Origin: the human T2T-CHM13v2.0 reference genome, Homo sapiens
Reading direction: 5' to 3' (one strand)
NCBI RefSeq assembly: GCF_009914755.1
Contig: NC_060933.1
Length of the DNA stretch: 64,000 bases
This document shows, piece after piece, positions 14,114 to 26,440 of the stretch. The position numbers and the translations under genes are program-made. Position 1 is the stretch's first letter; the number at the start of each line of letters is the position of its first letter. The notes under the pieces were generated by a model. The model was not told the origin of the DNA. It saw nothing but the letters and a program-made list of their open reading frames with translations, and ran no database searches.

Positions 14114-16170
14114 GAGCTCCCAGAGGGAGGGGCAGGCTGCCGGCTTTGCTGTTTTGCAGCCTTAGCCGTTATTGCCTTTGGGCTCTAGAGAATCAGAGGC
14201 AACTAGGGACTGGAGCAGTCCTCCGACACAGTGCAGCAGCTCTATGAAGACGTGGCCAGACTATTTTTTTATGTGGGTCCCAGATCCTATTTCTCTTCAC
14301 TGGGAAGAATTTCCCGGCCTAGGTCTACAACCATCCCCACCAGGGTTTTCCAGTCAGCAGCAGTTCCAAACCTCCTGGGACTGTGTTCCCAAAGGGGAGA
14401 ATGGGCCACCATCTTCGCTGTTTTGCATCCTTAGCTGTTGTTGTCTTTGGGCTTTGGAGAGTCCACAGTGACTGGAGGTTGGAGCAGACCCCCCCAAAGC
14501 AATAAAGCTACTCTACAAAAAAAGGGGGCAGACTGATTTTTTTATGCAGGTCTCTGATCCCATTCCTCCTCGTTGGGCAGGACCTCTGCATCGGGGTCCC
14601 CAGCCTCCCCAACTGGTGTGTTTGGGCCAGCAACAAGTCTGTAATTCCCTGGAACAGAGCTCCCAGAGGGAGAGGCAGGCTACCATCTTTGCTGTTTCAC
14701 AGCCTTCACTGTTGATACCTTCAGGTACTGGAAAATCCAAGGTGACTAGGGACTGGAATAGACTCCCACCATATTGCCACGCCCTAAAGAAAAGTGGTCA
14801 GACTATTATGTGGGTCCCTGATCCCATAGCTTCTCACTGGGTGGGTCCCCCCAGCCTGGGTCTCCAGCCATCCCCTGCTGGGGCTATTGAGCTAGTAGCA
14901 GCTCTGCAACTCCCTGGGATAGAGCTCCCAGTGGGAGGGGTGTGTTGTCCTCTTTGCTGTTTCACAGCCCTTGCCCTTGCTGTCTCCAGGCTCTGGTGAG
15001 TCTGCAGGGACCAGAAACTGGTCTGGACCCCCAGCACAGAACACCCACCTCATGGAAAAGTTACCAGATTGTTCTCCATACAGGTCCCGGTCCCGGTCCC
15101 GGTCCACACTTCTCACTGGGGAGGGCTATCCAACCTGGGACTCCAGCACAACCACTCTGCCTCTGTCTGATCACCACAGAGGCAGACCAGCATTTCTCCA
15201 AGGAGGAAATCTTAGAGTCAAACCACAACCCCTGTGCCACTGCAATTGCAGTGCTACTGCCCTAACAGCTCTCAGCCTGGGGAAAGGATAAAAGGCACTA
15301 CCCAGGCACCTCCAGCACACCATAGCCACCATACAAAGAGGAGTCTAGCCCCTCTTCCCTGGGAACCCCCACTCCCAATCTTCACCAGGCAGGGCCCCTA
15401 GCTCATGACCACAGAACAGTCACCCCACCCAGAGTGAACATGCCCACTAGTAGTGTCCCAGAGTTTCCCTGGGGAGAGGCTCCCAGAGGCATCTGACAGC
15501 CCCCCCGCCACCCCCTGCCCACCACTGCCACAGTAGCAGTTCTATCCCTGCTACCTTTGGCCTGAGGGATACACCTATGCTTACGGCACCCCACAGTCAC
15601 CAGAACTTACAGCACACCACAGCATACCACAGAACACCACAGCACAGAGAGGAGACCAGTTTCTCCTCCTAGTGAGCCCTTGACCCCCTGCTCCCCAACA
15701 AGCGCAACCCCAAGCTCACACTGGTAGTGCAGCTACCTCTCTCCACTGGCTGAATACTCCCAGTAACTGCAGCTCTGTGTTTCTAAGACAGGGCCCAAGG
15801 AGGAACCAAAAGCCCCTCTGCCCCTTTCTCTGTGTTGGTGCTACCCAGCTATCTTCAGACTAAAAAAGGAGCAAAGGCCCTAAGTGCCTTATCCACACCT
15901 CCAACAAGCAGCAGCTGACCCAAGGAGAGGAAGCCACTCTGTCTCCCATGGCTCCTACCCACACTCCTGCTCATTATTACCAGGGAGGGAACCCCTGGCT
16001 TAGGCCCACAGCACAGAGCCCCCATCCAGGGCTGATTGTACTGAGTGATTGCTGACCTGAATCTCTCTGGGGTGGAGCCCCCAGGAGACAAGAAAAAACC
16101 CTTGGCCACAACCACTTCTAAGGTTCCTTTCTTTGCTGCTTCCAAGTTGGGGAGGGCACATAAGCCCTGA
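14114..16170 (+). repeat. Diverged tandem ~270-295-bp monomers within the L1 5'UTR
   Basis: Monomer anchor gagctcccagaggg (or a variant) at 14114, 14383, 14657, 14922; a second, more diverged set near 15231, 15511, 15811, 16097. Confidence 0.75.
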
Positions 16171-16568
16171 GATCACCCCAGAGCTGTCGTGGGTAGCCTG
16201 GGAGTGCCAAGTTGCGATCTACAGCCAGCACTCAAGTGGGAGAGGAGCCCACGCTATCAGAGCATTGAGAGGGAGCACGATTGCAATTGGTGAAGAAATA
16301 TAGGGGTATAGGGGAGCCCCACGCCTGAGCAAGAGTCTACCAACCGACCACTATAGCTAAGCATCACCTACTGGATCACACCGTCAAACCAAAAGATTCA
16401 ACAGCAAAATTACCTAACACCCCCACCCCCAACCCCCGCCGTGAAACCAAAGACAAGGGAGCTACAAAGACCCTGCACAAATCCTTGGCCCTGTGAAAAC
16501 ATCAAGAAAAGAAGCCTACTGACTATACTTAATCTATATTGCAGTTAAAGGAACACCCACATATAGAG

Positions 16569-17582
16569 ATGAGAAAGAACTAATGCAAGAACTCCAGCAA
16601 CTCAAATGGCAAGAGCGTCTGATGTCCTCCAAACAACTGTACAAGTTCTCCAAAAAAGGTTTTAAACCAGGCTGTGTTGACTGAAATGACAGAAACATAA
16701 TTCAGAATATGGATAGGAATGAAGATCATTGAGATTCAGGAGAACAGCAAAACCCAATCCAAGGAAACAGAATCACAATAAATGATACAGGAGCTGACAG
16801 ACAAAATAGACAGTATAAAACAGAACCTAACTGATCTGATAGAGATGAAAAACACACCACAAGAATTTCACAATACAATAGCAAATATTAATAGCAGGAT
16901 AGACCAAGCTGAGGAAACAATCTGAGAAATTGAAGACTGGCTCTCTGAAATGACAGAAAAAAAAAGAAAAAGAAAAAAAAAGAATAAGAAAGAATGAACA
17001 AAACCTCCGAGAAATATGGGATTACGTAAAGAGGTCAAATCTATGAATCATTGGCATTGCTGAAAGGGATGATAAGAAAGCAAACAACTTGGAAAACATA
17101 TTCTGAATGTCATTCATGAAAATTTCCCCAACCCCACTGGAGAGGCCAACAGTCAAATTCAGGAAATACAGGGAACCCCTTGCAAGATTCTATATAAGAA
17201 GATCATCCTCAAGTCATATAATCAGATTTTCCAAGGCCAGAATGAAAGAATATTAAAGGCAGCTAGAGAGAAAGGCCAAGTCACCTATAAAGGAAACCCC
17301 ATCAGGCTACCAGACCACCTCTCAGCAGAAACCCTACAAGCCAGAAGAGACTGGGGACCTATATTCAAAATTCTTGAAGGAAAAAAAAAAATCTTCAACC
17401 AAGAATTTTATATCTACTAAACTAAGCTTCCTCAGTGAAGGAGAAATAAGATCCTTTCAGATAAGGATAAGCAAATGTTGAGGGAGTTTGTTACCACCCG
17501 GCCTGCCTTATAAGAGATCTTGAAAAGAGCTCTAAATATGGAAAAGAAGGACCATTACTAGCCAATACAAAAACACATGTAA
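16569..17582 (+). pseudogene. Decayed L1 ORF1p coding region
   Basis: ATGAGAAAGAAC start followed by an early stop; motifs EIWDYVKR-like, 'gaaaccctacaagccagaagagactggggacctatattc'; many stops and indels. Confidence 0.85.
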
Positions 17583-18152
17583 GTTCACAGACCAGTGACA
17601 TTATAAAGCAACCACACAATGAAGCCAGCATAATAACCAGCAAAGACATGGAATCAACCTAAATGACCATCAATGGCAGATTGGATAAAGAAAATATAGT
17701 ACATATATACCATGGAATACTATGCAGCCATTAAAAATAATGAGGTCATGTCCTTTGCAGGAACATGGATGGAGCTGGAGGACATTATCCTTAGCAAACT
17801 AACATGGGAACAGAAAACCGAATACCACCTGTTCTCATTTATAAGTAGGAGCTAAATGATGAGAACACATGGACACAAAGAGGGGAACAAAAGACACTGG
17901 GGCCTACTTGAGAGTGAACAGTGGAAGGAGGGAGAAGATCAGAAAAAAATAACTATTGGTTACTAGGCTTAGTACCTGGTGATGAAATAATCTGTACAAC
18001 AAACCCCCATGAGTTTACCTGTGTAACAAACATGCACATATACCTCTGAACCTAAAATAAAAGTTTAAAGAAAAAGATGTGTTAATTGACCATTTCTATT
18101 CTTTTTCTTTCAACTTGTATTTGTATGCTAGCTTTTATTTTAATATGTAATA

Positions 18153-18348
18153 TAAGCTTGTCCCAACTGTGGTTCATGGGCTGCTTGAAGCCCAGGGTGG
18201 CTTTGAATGCAGCCCAACGCAAATTCATAAACTTTCTTAAAACCTTATGGGATTTATGCATAGACTTTTTTTATTTTTTTTAAGCTCATCAGCTATCATT
18301 AGTGTTAGTGTATTAGTGTTAGGGAAGCCAAAAGATTGGACACCTCCG
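18153..18348 (-). mobile_element. MER30 (hAT-Charlie) with internal deletion
   Basis: Ends 'aagcttgtccca' and 'agggaagccaaaagattggacacc'; internal 'agctcatcagctatcattagtgttagtgtatt'. Confidence 0.85.
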
Positions 18349-18390
18349 CTACAATATATTTGGTTCATAAAGGTTTTAGACAATAGTTCT

Positions 18391-18757
18391 TTCCTTTTGC
18401 TTTTCTTATTCTGATTAAAAATATTGACAAAAATTGTTCATATTCAAGGTGTACAATGTGATGATTTGATATATGGATACATTGTATGCTTATTACCAAA
18501 GTCATGTTAATTAATGCATTCATCACCACCCATAGTTACCATTTGTGTGTGCAGGGCAGGGGGATGAGGACACAAAATTTGCTGTCTCATCAAATTTCTA
18601 GTAAACAATGCAGTGTTATTAATCACGGTCAGAATGCTATACATTAGATCCCCAGAACTTATTCATCTTAAAACTGAAAGCTGAACTCATAGAAGAAGAA
18701 AGTAGAATGATGGTTGCCAGGGACTGGGTGGTAAGGTGAATAAGGTGATATATGGCA
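18391..18757 (-). mobile_element. L1MA9-like 3' end with 5' inversion
   Basis: Antisense 3'UTR to 18680, then sense piece 'ctgaactcatagaagaagaaagtagaatgatggttgccaggg'; possible TSD aatagtt(t)ctt at 18382 and 18758. Confidence 0.75.
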
Positions 18758-18859
18758 AATAGTTTCTTTTTTATAGAATGAAATCATGGCCAACATAAAT
18801 AACTGTCTTAGTTCTGTTTAATGATTTCTTATGTGAATTGTATTTATATAATATTTTGA

Positions 18860-19273
<414 letters not shown>

Positions 19274-19515
19274 TAGTATATACATGAGTTTGAGGTTTTG
19301 ATTCTCATGAAATATTTGTCTTTTAATAGAGAAATACATTTACCAAAAATATGTAAGACTTCTTGGGTCATAAACTTTATCTCTCAAAATTTCTATTGCT
19401 CCATTATATTGTCACATTTATTATTATAGAGGTAACATGTTTTATTCCTTTGTAGAAAACTGTTGTTTTTCTGTTTGGATGCTTACGGAACAATGGTTCT
19501 AAAAGTGTGGTCCCT

Positions 19516-19814
19516 TGGGGATTGTTAATGGGTACAAAAAAAGTAGTTAGAAAGAATAAGACCTAGTATTGCTAGCACAATAGGGTGACAATGGTGAGAA
19601 ATAATTTAACTGTAAATTTTAAAATCATTAAAAGTGTATAACATGATTGTAACACAAAAGATAAATGCTTGAGGTGATGGATACCCGATTTACTCTGAAA
19701 TGATTATCATGCATTACCTGTTTGTATCTCATGTAGCCCATAAATATATACACCTACTATGTACTCACAGAAATTTGAAATTAAAATAAATTAAAATTTT
19801 AAAAATAAAAAAGT
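19516..19814 (+). mobile_element. L1MA3-like 3' end inserted in Charlie1a
   Basis: 'gataaatgcttgaggtgatggataccc'; A-rich tail; TSD agtgtggtccct at 19504-19515 and 19815-19826. Confidence 0.85.
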
Positions 19815-20389
19815 AGTGTGGTCCCTGAGAGTTTTCACGGAGTCTATGAGGTCAAAACCATTTTCATAATACTAAGAGGTTATTTTCTTTTAAGGTGTTG
19901 ATATTTGGACTGATAGTCCGAAGCAATGATGCCTTGACAAGAATCAACACAGTGACATTAAATTATACTATATGTCCTTATATATTCTATTTGACAAATG
20001 GGAAATACTCATAAGGCACTTCTGCATCACATCACAGAAGAATGACTATCTTGAGGAAAATCACATGGGCAATTGTTTGAGTTGCAAGCTAAAGTAACCA
20101 CATTTTTCTGGAAAACCCTTTTTTACTTGAAAGAACAACTAACAGATAAACTATGCTAAATTAAACAATTATTTGTCAGATGTTTTCTTTAAATGAACTA
20201 AATGAGCCTGTCACTACAACAAAAGGAACTGCGAGTATTTGTGGTCAACGATAAAATTTAAGCTCCCATGTGAAAAACAGAATTTTGGAAAACTATTAAC
20301 CACCATGGTGAGCTTGTAAGCTTTTCAATAGTTAGACTTTTCTAATGAAGTTTGCAACAATATTAACAAGTGTGATTTTAAAAATTTGT

Positions 20390-20542
20390 GAAAATAGTAT
20401 AGCAAAAAAGAAAAATCACCGGTTATTGATGTACTAGATTTGTGTATGTCTTTTGAACAGTTCTAGTTTCACCTTACACAGAATAATCAGGAAAAGTGTA
20501 AAAATTCAAAAGTGAAATAAAAATTTTATCAGTTAAAAAAAA
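20390..20542 (+). pseudogene. Short retrocopy of an unidentified polyadenylated RNA 3' end
   Basis: Non-Charlie insert with AATAAA at 20516-20521, A-run at 20535-20542, TSD aaaaatttgt at 20380-20389 and 20538-20547, TTTT/AAAA target. Confidence 0.7.
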
Positions 20543-21524
20543 TTTGTATAACTAAATGTGTCAATGTTTGGAAGATCTTAATTATTCAGGGAAACAATGT
20601 ATTTCCAAATGACCAGTGTATGATGTTAATATATATAGGTAAAGATCTATTTGAAATGGTAAACCAGTGGATTTTTCTGCAACTAAGTATGAAAAGTTAT
20701 TTAATATTTCAGTTTTCATATTATAATTAACCTTTCAAAGTTGCCACTTTTCAAGTTTGGGTGTAGTAGTTTTAAAATATTAATAATTATCTGAAAAAGC
20801 TATTAAAAAGCTACCTTTCCAACTACATATTTGTGTGATGATAGATTTTTAAATATACTTTAACCAAAAAATATTAAAACAAATTAAATGTAGCAGATAT
20901 GACATCCTGTTTTCTAAGCCAAACGATGAAGAGATTTGCAAACTGGAAAAAAATCCAATTTTTGTTTTGTTTTGGAATAGTTTTTTCATTAAGGTATCCT
21001 ATCTATGTTAACATGTAATGGGCTTATTACTCAAATGAACACATATTTTCCTAAATTCTCAAATTTAATTTCTAATATGGTAAACATTGATAAAGATAAT
21101 CTATGTAAACAAAAGTTATTTGGAACCTGTGATGGTTAATTTTATCCGTCAACTTGATTGGCCCACAGGGTGCCTAGATATTTGGTCAAACATTATTCTG
21201 GGTGTTTCTGTAAGTGTGTTTTGGGATGAGATTAATATTTAAATAAGTAGACTGAGTAAACCAGATTGCCTTTTCTATTGTGGATGGGCCTCATCCTATC
21301 AGTTGAGCCTGAATAGAACTAAAAATCTGAACTTTCTCCACGTGAGAGAAAATTCCCCCTGACTGCTGGGACATTGCCTTTTTTTTCTACTTCCAGACTC
21401 AAAGTGAAACATTGGCTCTTCTTGGTTGAACAGCTCACTGACTCACTCTGCAGACCTTAGGACTTACCCATTTCCACAACTGTGTGAGCCAATTCCTTAT
21501 TTTTATGTATCTATCTATGGTATC

Positions 21525-21886
21525 TGTATTAGTTCGTTTTCATGCTGTTAATAAAGATACCCAAGACTGGGTAATTTATTAAAAAAAAAAGAGTTTTAAT
21601 GGACTCACATTTCCATGTGGCTGGGGAGGCCTCACAAGCATGGTGGAAGGCGAAAGGCAAGTCTTATATGGCAGCAGACAAAAGAGAATTGAGAATCGAG
21701 CAAAAGGGGAAACCCCTTATAAAATCATCAGATCTTGTGAGACTTATTCACTATCATGAGAACAGTATGGGGGAAACCACCTCCATGATTCAATTATTTC
21801 CCACTGGGTCCCTTCCACAACATGTGGAATTATGGGAGCTACAATTGAAGATGAGATGTAGGTGGGAACACAGCCAAACCATATCT
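21525..21886 (-). mobile_element. THE1 (B/C-like) MaLR solo LTR
   Basis: tgtattagttcgttttcatgctg...gggaacacagccaaaccatatc; TSD gtatc at 21520-21524 and 21887-21891. Confidence 0.92.
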
Positions 21887-21888
21887 GT

Positions 21889-21947
21889 ATCCATCCATCC
21901 ATCCATCCGTCCGTCCGTCCGTCCGTCCGTCCGTCCGTCCGTCCATC
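21889..21947. repeat. (ATCC)n(GTCC)n compound microsatellite
   Basis: Read directly from the sequence. Confidence 0.9.
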
Positions 21948-22049
21948 CTATTGATTCTTCTATGGAGAACCCTAAAACAGAATCCTTAGTAATTTTTAAG
22001 AGTATAATAGCATTGTGAGACCAAAAATTTGAAAACTGTTGTTATAGAG

Positions 22050-22760
22050 TATGCAACCTTGTATCATAGTATTACCAGGTATCACACAAAGTGAGTCTCT
22101 TTTTATTTACTTTAACTCAATGAGCCACCTTAATCTATAACTCATTCTTTCTCTCAGGAATATCTTCTTATATGTATCACTGATTATTGATTTAGTCTCC
22201 TATAGGGACACCAATTATCCACATGTTATTGACTCTCCTTTCCCTGTTCTCCATGTCAATTATCTTTCCTGTCATTGGTTTTTTCTTTTTACTTTTCTGT
22301 ATGTTTCAATTCTGTTATACTAATCTTTCTTTATTTTATACATCTCTCATTGCAATTATTTCTATTGCCTTTTTATCTTGGCATTTTATCTCTGAATCTC
22401 TTTCTGTTTCATAGAGGCAATGGGTTCTACTTCTCTATTGCTCATTCCAAATAATTTCCTGGTTGTTTCTTCTGGATTTTACAAGAAAACATTATTTTAG
22501 AAAGATACTTTTCTTCTCAGTTTTTTCTTACATTGGAGTTTTATTTCTTTGGCTTGGATTGAATATTATTCTTTTTTTTAATGTTTCTCTTTGTTAATCC
22601 TTTAGTTGGGAAATTCTTTACAAATTTTTTTGTTATCGTTCTGTTGTTTTCTTTCATTTTGTTTTCAGAAAGCACTGTGGTTTGGTGAGGTAATTTTGGC
22701 TCTGTTACTGCCTCTTGTGTGGTGATTCGTCTTTTTCCCAAATCTACACTTGGAAGGCAG
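22050..22760 (-). mobile_element. Ancient HAL1/L1ME-like ORF1-region relic (continues 19270-19490)
   Basis: T-rich antisense LINE-like sequence, e.g. 'gggacaccaattatccacatgttattgactctcc'. Confidence 0.45.
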
Positions 22761-23539
22761 AATGACATGCACTGAATTCTAATCCAATTCCCAATGACTT
22801 TCACCTAGTTCAAACTTACTAAAGAAGTAACTTCTCTTTTCCCTACAACCTGATTTTCATCCACTGTAAATCAATATAATACATGATAAACAATTCTTGG
22901 CTTACACCTATAATAAATATTCCTCCAATGTCCACCCTACACCCTATACTTGGGGATTACAGCTATGAGAATTAGCTCTGCCACCACCATGATTCCCTAC
23001 CTGCCTCTTGCCCAGTTCATTTTGTTGGCCTCTATCTCTGTAGATATAATAGGATGATTGGGAGCAAAGCTGATGGACAGAGTACTCCAATTGCCCGATA
23101 ATTCATCATATCTTGAGGTGAATTCTGAGTAACTTGTTTTTAATACCCTTCAACCTGCTTTATATTATAGTCAGCAAAGATTCACCACCAGACAGTGGCA
23201 TTGAGTTATCTAACAAATTTAGTCTTCAGTATTGATATGAGTCTTTCTCTTTCTTCTGTATCTTTAAAAATACTGTAGTTGGATGTTGGGAGTCAATTTA
23301 ATGAAGACTAATAGACACTAATAGTCACTTTGAGATCTCTGGTGATATTAAACCAGTCTCTAAGTTCTTATAACTCTGAACCCTATGACATGAGTTCTCC
23401 TACTGAGAATACAAATCAAACTTCTTACAGGTTGGACTGGGTATCTGATTCTCCCTTTAAGGTCACTAAGACAGTCCCAATGTGGTTGCTGACCAAGTAG
23501 AATAATGTCCAGATTGGATCCAGGGTTTCAGAATCTTAA

Positions 23540-23857
<318 letters not shown>

Positions 23858-25820
23858 TTAAGAAGATGGTACCAGGTATAAAGTATATATAAAGTATAAA
23901 AGCTGGGGGAAAAGACTCAAGGGACAAAGTAGAGAAGGTTACTTAGCTATCAGGTTCTGAAAATAATCAAAGGAACAGATATGACTAATAACTGACTAAT
24001 AACACTCAAGGTCATTCATTTAACAACATTTATTCATAAATATTCATTGATATCAGACTATATTACTAGTGCTCAAGCCAAGGAAATGTAGAACTCAAAC
24101 AGGAATCCATAATAAGATGAGTGGGGAGGTCTAGAACTTTTGTTAGAAATAAGGCTATGATGCCCAAACTCTTTTCAGGTGCTGGGTTTTTTGATTTCAA
24201 AGAAATAGAATCAAGATAGATACTAAGAAATACTTCTATGGCATTATATACTTCTTATCTTTCCATTTGATCTCCTTTCATTACCCTCTAGGCCCAAACC
24301 AAAGGAGCCATGTTGTCCTTTTGACCAAAGAGGAAACTGGCCTTATGCTCCAAACATAAGAAACTCAGCATTAGGCCTAAGAGACCTAAAGGCCTTTGGT
24401 CAGCTTCCCAAAGATACTAACTGGCCACTTCCCCTTTGTCCCTGAAGTGGAAGGAAACATTCAGACCCATCATATCCCTTTAACAAGCATGCCAGGTTAT
24501 AAGCCTGTATGCAGGTGATTTCTGGAGAATCCATGTTTCACTTGTGACTGTCTCTTTGTAAAACACAGGACGAAGGGAAAGATATGGTTAAATCCAAGTC
24601 AAGCTCCTTTAGGGAAAAATCTCTCACAGTTTCTTTACTGGTACAATGAGTAACTCTGGTCTAGTATTTTCAGAGGTGTTCCTAGCTCATTCTCTTAGCT
24701 GTTCTGCCACTGATTTTAGACCCTGCTCTCCTTTCAAAGTATTGATTTAGGATATACACAACTTACTGAAAAGAAAGCCAGCAAAGGAATAAAAGCTTTA
24801 AAACACATCATTATGCAGATGGTAATGTATTTGCTGCCTCCACTGCCAACAGAACAAAAAGATAAAGGTACATGTAGCAGCAGACAAATTTAGGTTAGTC
24901 ACTGGAGGAAACTAGACATTACCCATCAAAGCATGATAATAACATGGCATAGGTTTCCCAAGGGAGATTGTATAGCTTCTTTAGTAGGCTTTTGAAAGAA
25001 ATGGTTGACAATGATATTTCTTGAAACATGTTAATATAGTTCTATCCAGAGATAGGAGAAAGTACTTGATAATGTCCCCTGCCTATCCCTTGCCATTTGA
25101 CGATTACAAATCATATAACTGTAATAACTCATTCATCTGGAAAAGGGCACTTACCTTTATTTCCTTCTTCTTTAGGCAACAAAACCATTACCTTTTCTGA
25201 ACTGAAATCTGCTCACAGGTTGCTTTTTGGTACTGACTTTTCTCTTTGTTCACCAGACTGATGAAAATGTGTATATCCTATACGTTCTTATAGTTGTAAT
25301 GAAATCCCTGAGCTCTTCCTTCAAAAACAATTTTTAACAAAAAAAAAGTAGGTTCCAGGAGGATAAAAGGAAGACAGATTGTTCTGTGCTTGTATTAAAG
25401 GCCAGGCTCTAAACACTTCCCAAAAATCCTTTTCAGGCTCCTTCCAGGGGATGACCAAACATCAACCCTACATAAAACAATCAGAGATTCAAGCTATAGT
25501 TTTTCCTGCCTCCAAAGTAGACTAACAAGACTTAACTGCACTTCCTAGGTACCTCAATTCTATAACTTGTTCCATTTTATTTTGTAGAAAATAGCTGCAA
25601 TACATAAGGCCTTGGTAATGGTAGAATGTCAATAAGGATTTTTTTTCTCCAGCCCCCTTCTACTGAAATATGCCCAAATCCCACCACTCATGGGAATTTC
25701 ACAAGTCTCCTTTAATAACCACTCACCCATGAGCATTTCATGAAGACTTTTTGTGTCATGCTGACTATTTTTATTACTCTCTCTTATTATGAGGCTTATA
25801 TCCTTTTCTTCTCCTATTCA

Positions 25821-26161
25821 TCTTTTTTTTTCTTTTTTAGACAGGGTCTCATTCTGTCACCCAGGCTGGAGTGCAGTGGTGCAATTGACAGCCTCGTCCT
25901 CCTGGGCTCAGGTGATCCTCCCACCTCAGCTTCCCTGCCATAGCTGGGATGGCAGGCGCATGCCACTTGGCTAACTTTTTGTGTGTGTGTGTGTGTGTTT
26001 GTTTGTTTTTTTTGTTTTTTTGTTTTGTTTTGTTTTGTTTTTGTAGAGACAGGGTTTTGCCATGTCGCCCAGGCTGGTCTTGGACTTCCGGGCTCAAGCC
26101 ATACACCCACCTTGGCCTTCCAGAGTGCTGGCATTACAAGCATAAGTCCCTATGCCTGGCC
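25821..26161 (-). mobile_element. AluJ with (TG)n/(TTTTG)n expansion in the central linker
   Basis: Alu arms with J-type features; TSD tcctaYtca at ~25812 and ~26162. Confidence 0.9.
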
Positions 26162-26174
26162 TCCTACTCACCTT

Positions 26175-26440
26175 TTAGTTCTCAGCTTAAATATCTCTTT
26201 CTCAGGCAAGACTTCCCAGATGTTCCATATTAGGTTAGATACACTTACTACACAACTATATACATCTGAACCCAGGTGCATTTCTCTTGCACATTTCTCA
26301 TCATAAGTGCAGATATTTGTACAAGGTCTGCTTCTCATTAGACATTAAGTTCATGAAGATGGAAGGCTTTCATCAAGTTCACTACTCTATTTCCAGTATC
26401 TAACACAGTGTCTGACACTTAGTGTTCAACAAATGCTTTA
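26175..26440 (+). mobile_element. L2 fragment
   Basis: 'ttccagtatctaacacagtgtctgacacttagtgttcaacaaatgctt' is an L2 3' end. Confidence 0.55.

Larger units (their letters stand above)
13504..18070 (+). mobile_element. L1PA15/16-type LINE-1 with complete long 5'UTR and ORF1 but ~3.6 kb of ORF2 missing
   Basis: 5' start ggaggctggccaagatggctgac; decayed ORF1 16569-17582; jump at 17640/17641 to ORF2 end; L1PA15/16-type 3'UTR; TSD aaa(c/a)agatgtgtt at 13491-13503 and 18071-18083. Confidence 0.9.
21128..21979 (+). mobile_element. MLT2 (ERVL) solo LTR, interrupted by THE1
   Basis: Starts tgtgatggttaattttat; ends ggagaaccctaaaaca; 5-bp TSD gaacc/gaatc. Confidence 0.88.
19491..22041 (+). mobile_element. 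Charlie1a-like hAT DNA transposon carrying nested insertions
   Basis: Left end caatggttctaaaagtgtggtccc; 'gaggtcaaaaccattttcataatactaag'; transposase-derived body; right end 'gagaccaaaaatttgaaaactgttg'. Confidence 0.8.

Noticed and set aside
14114-15190. CRISPR-like or satellite array
   Set aside because: Eukaryotic context; units are homologous along their whole length with no unique spacers and sit inside a TSD-flanked L1
13552-16145. Cluster of GC-rich ORFs up to 151 aa
   Set aside because: All lie within the L1 5'UTR monomer array; chance open frames in GC-rich repeats
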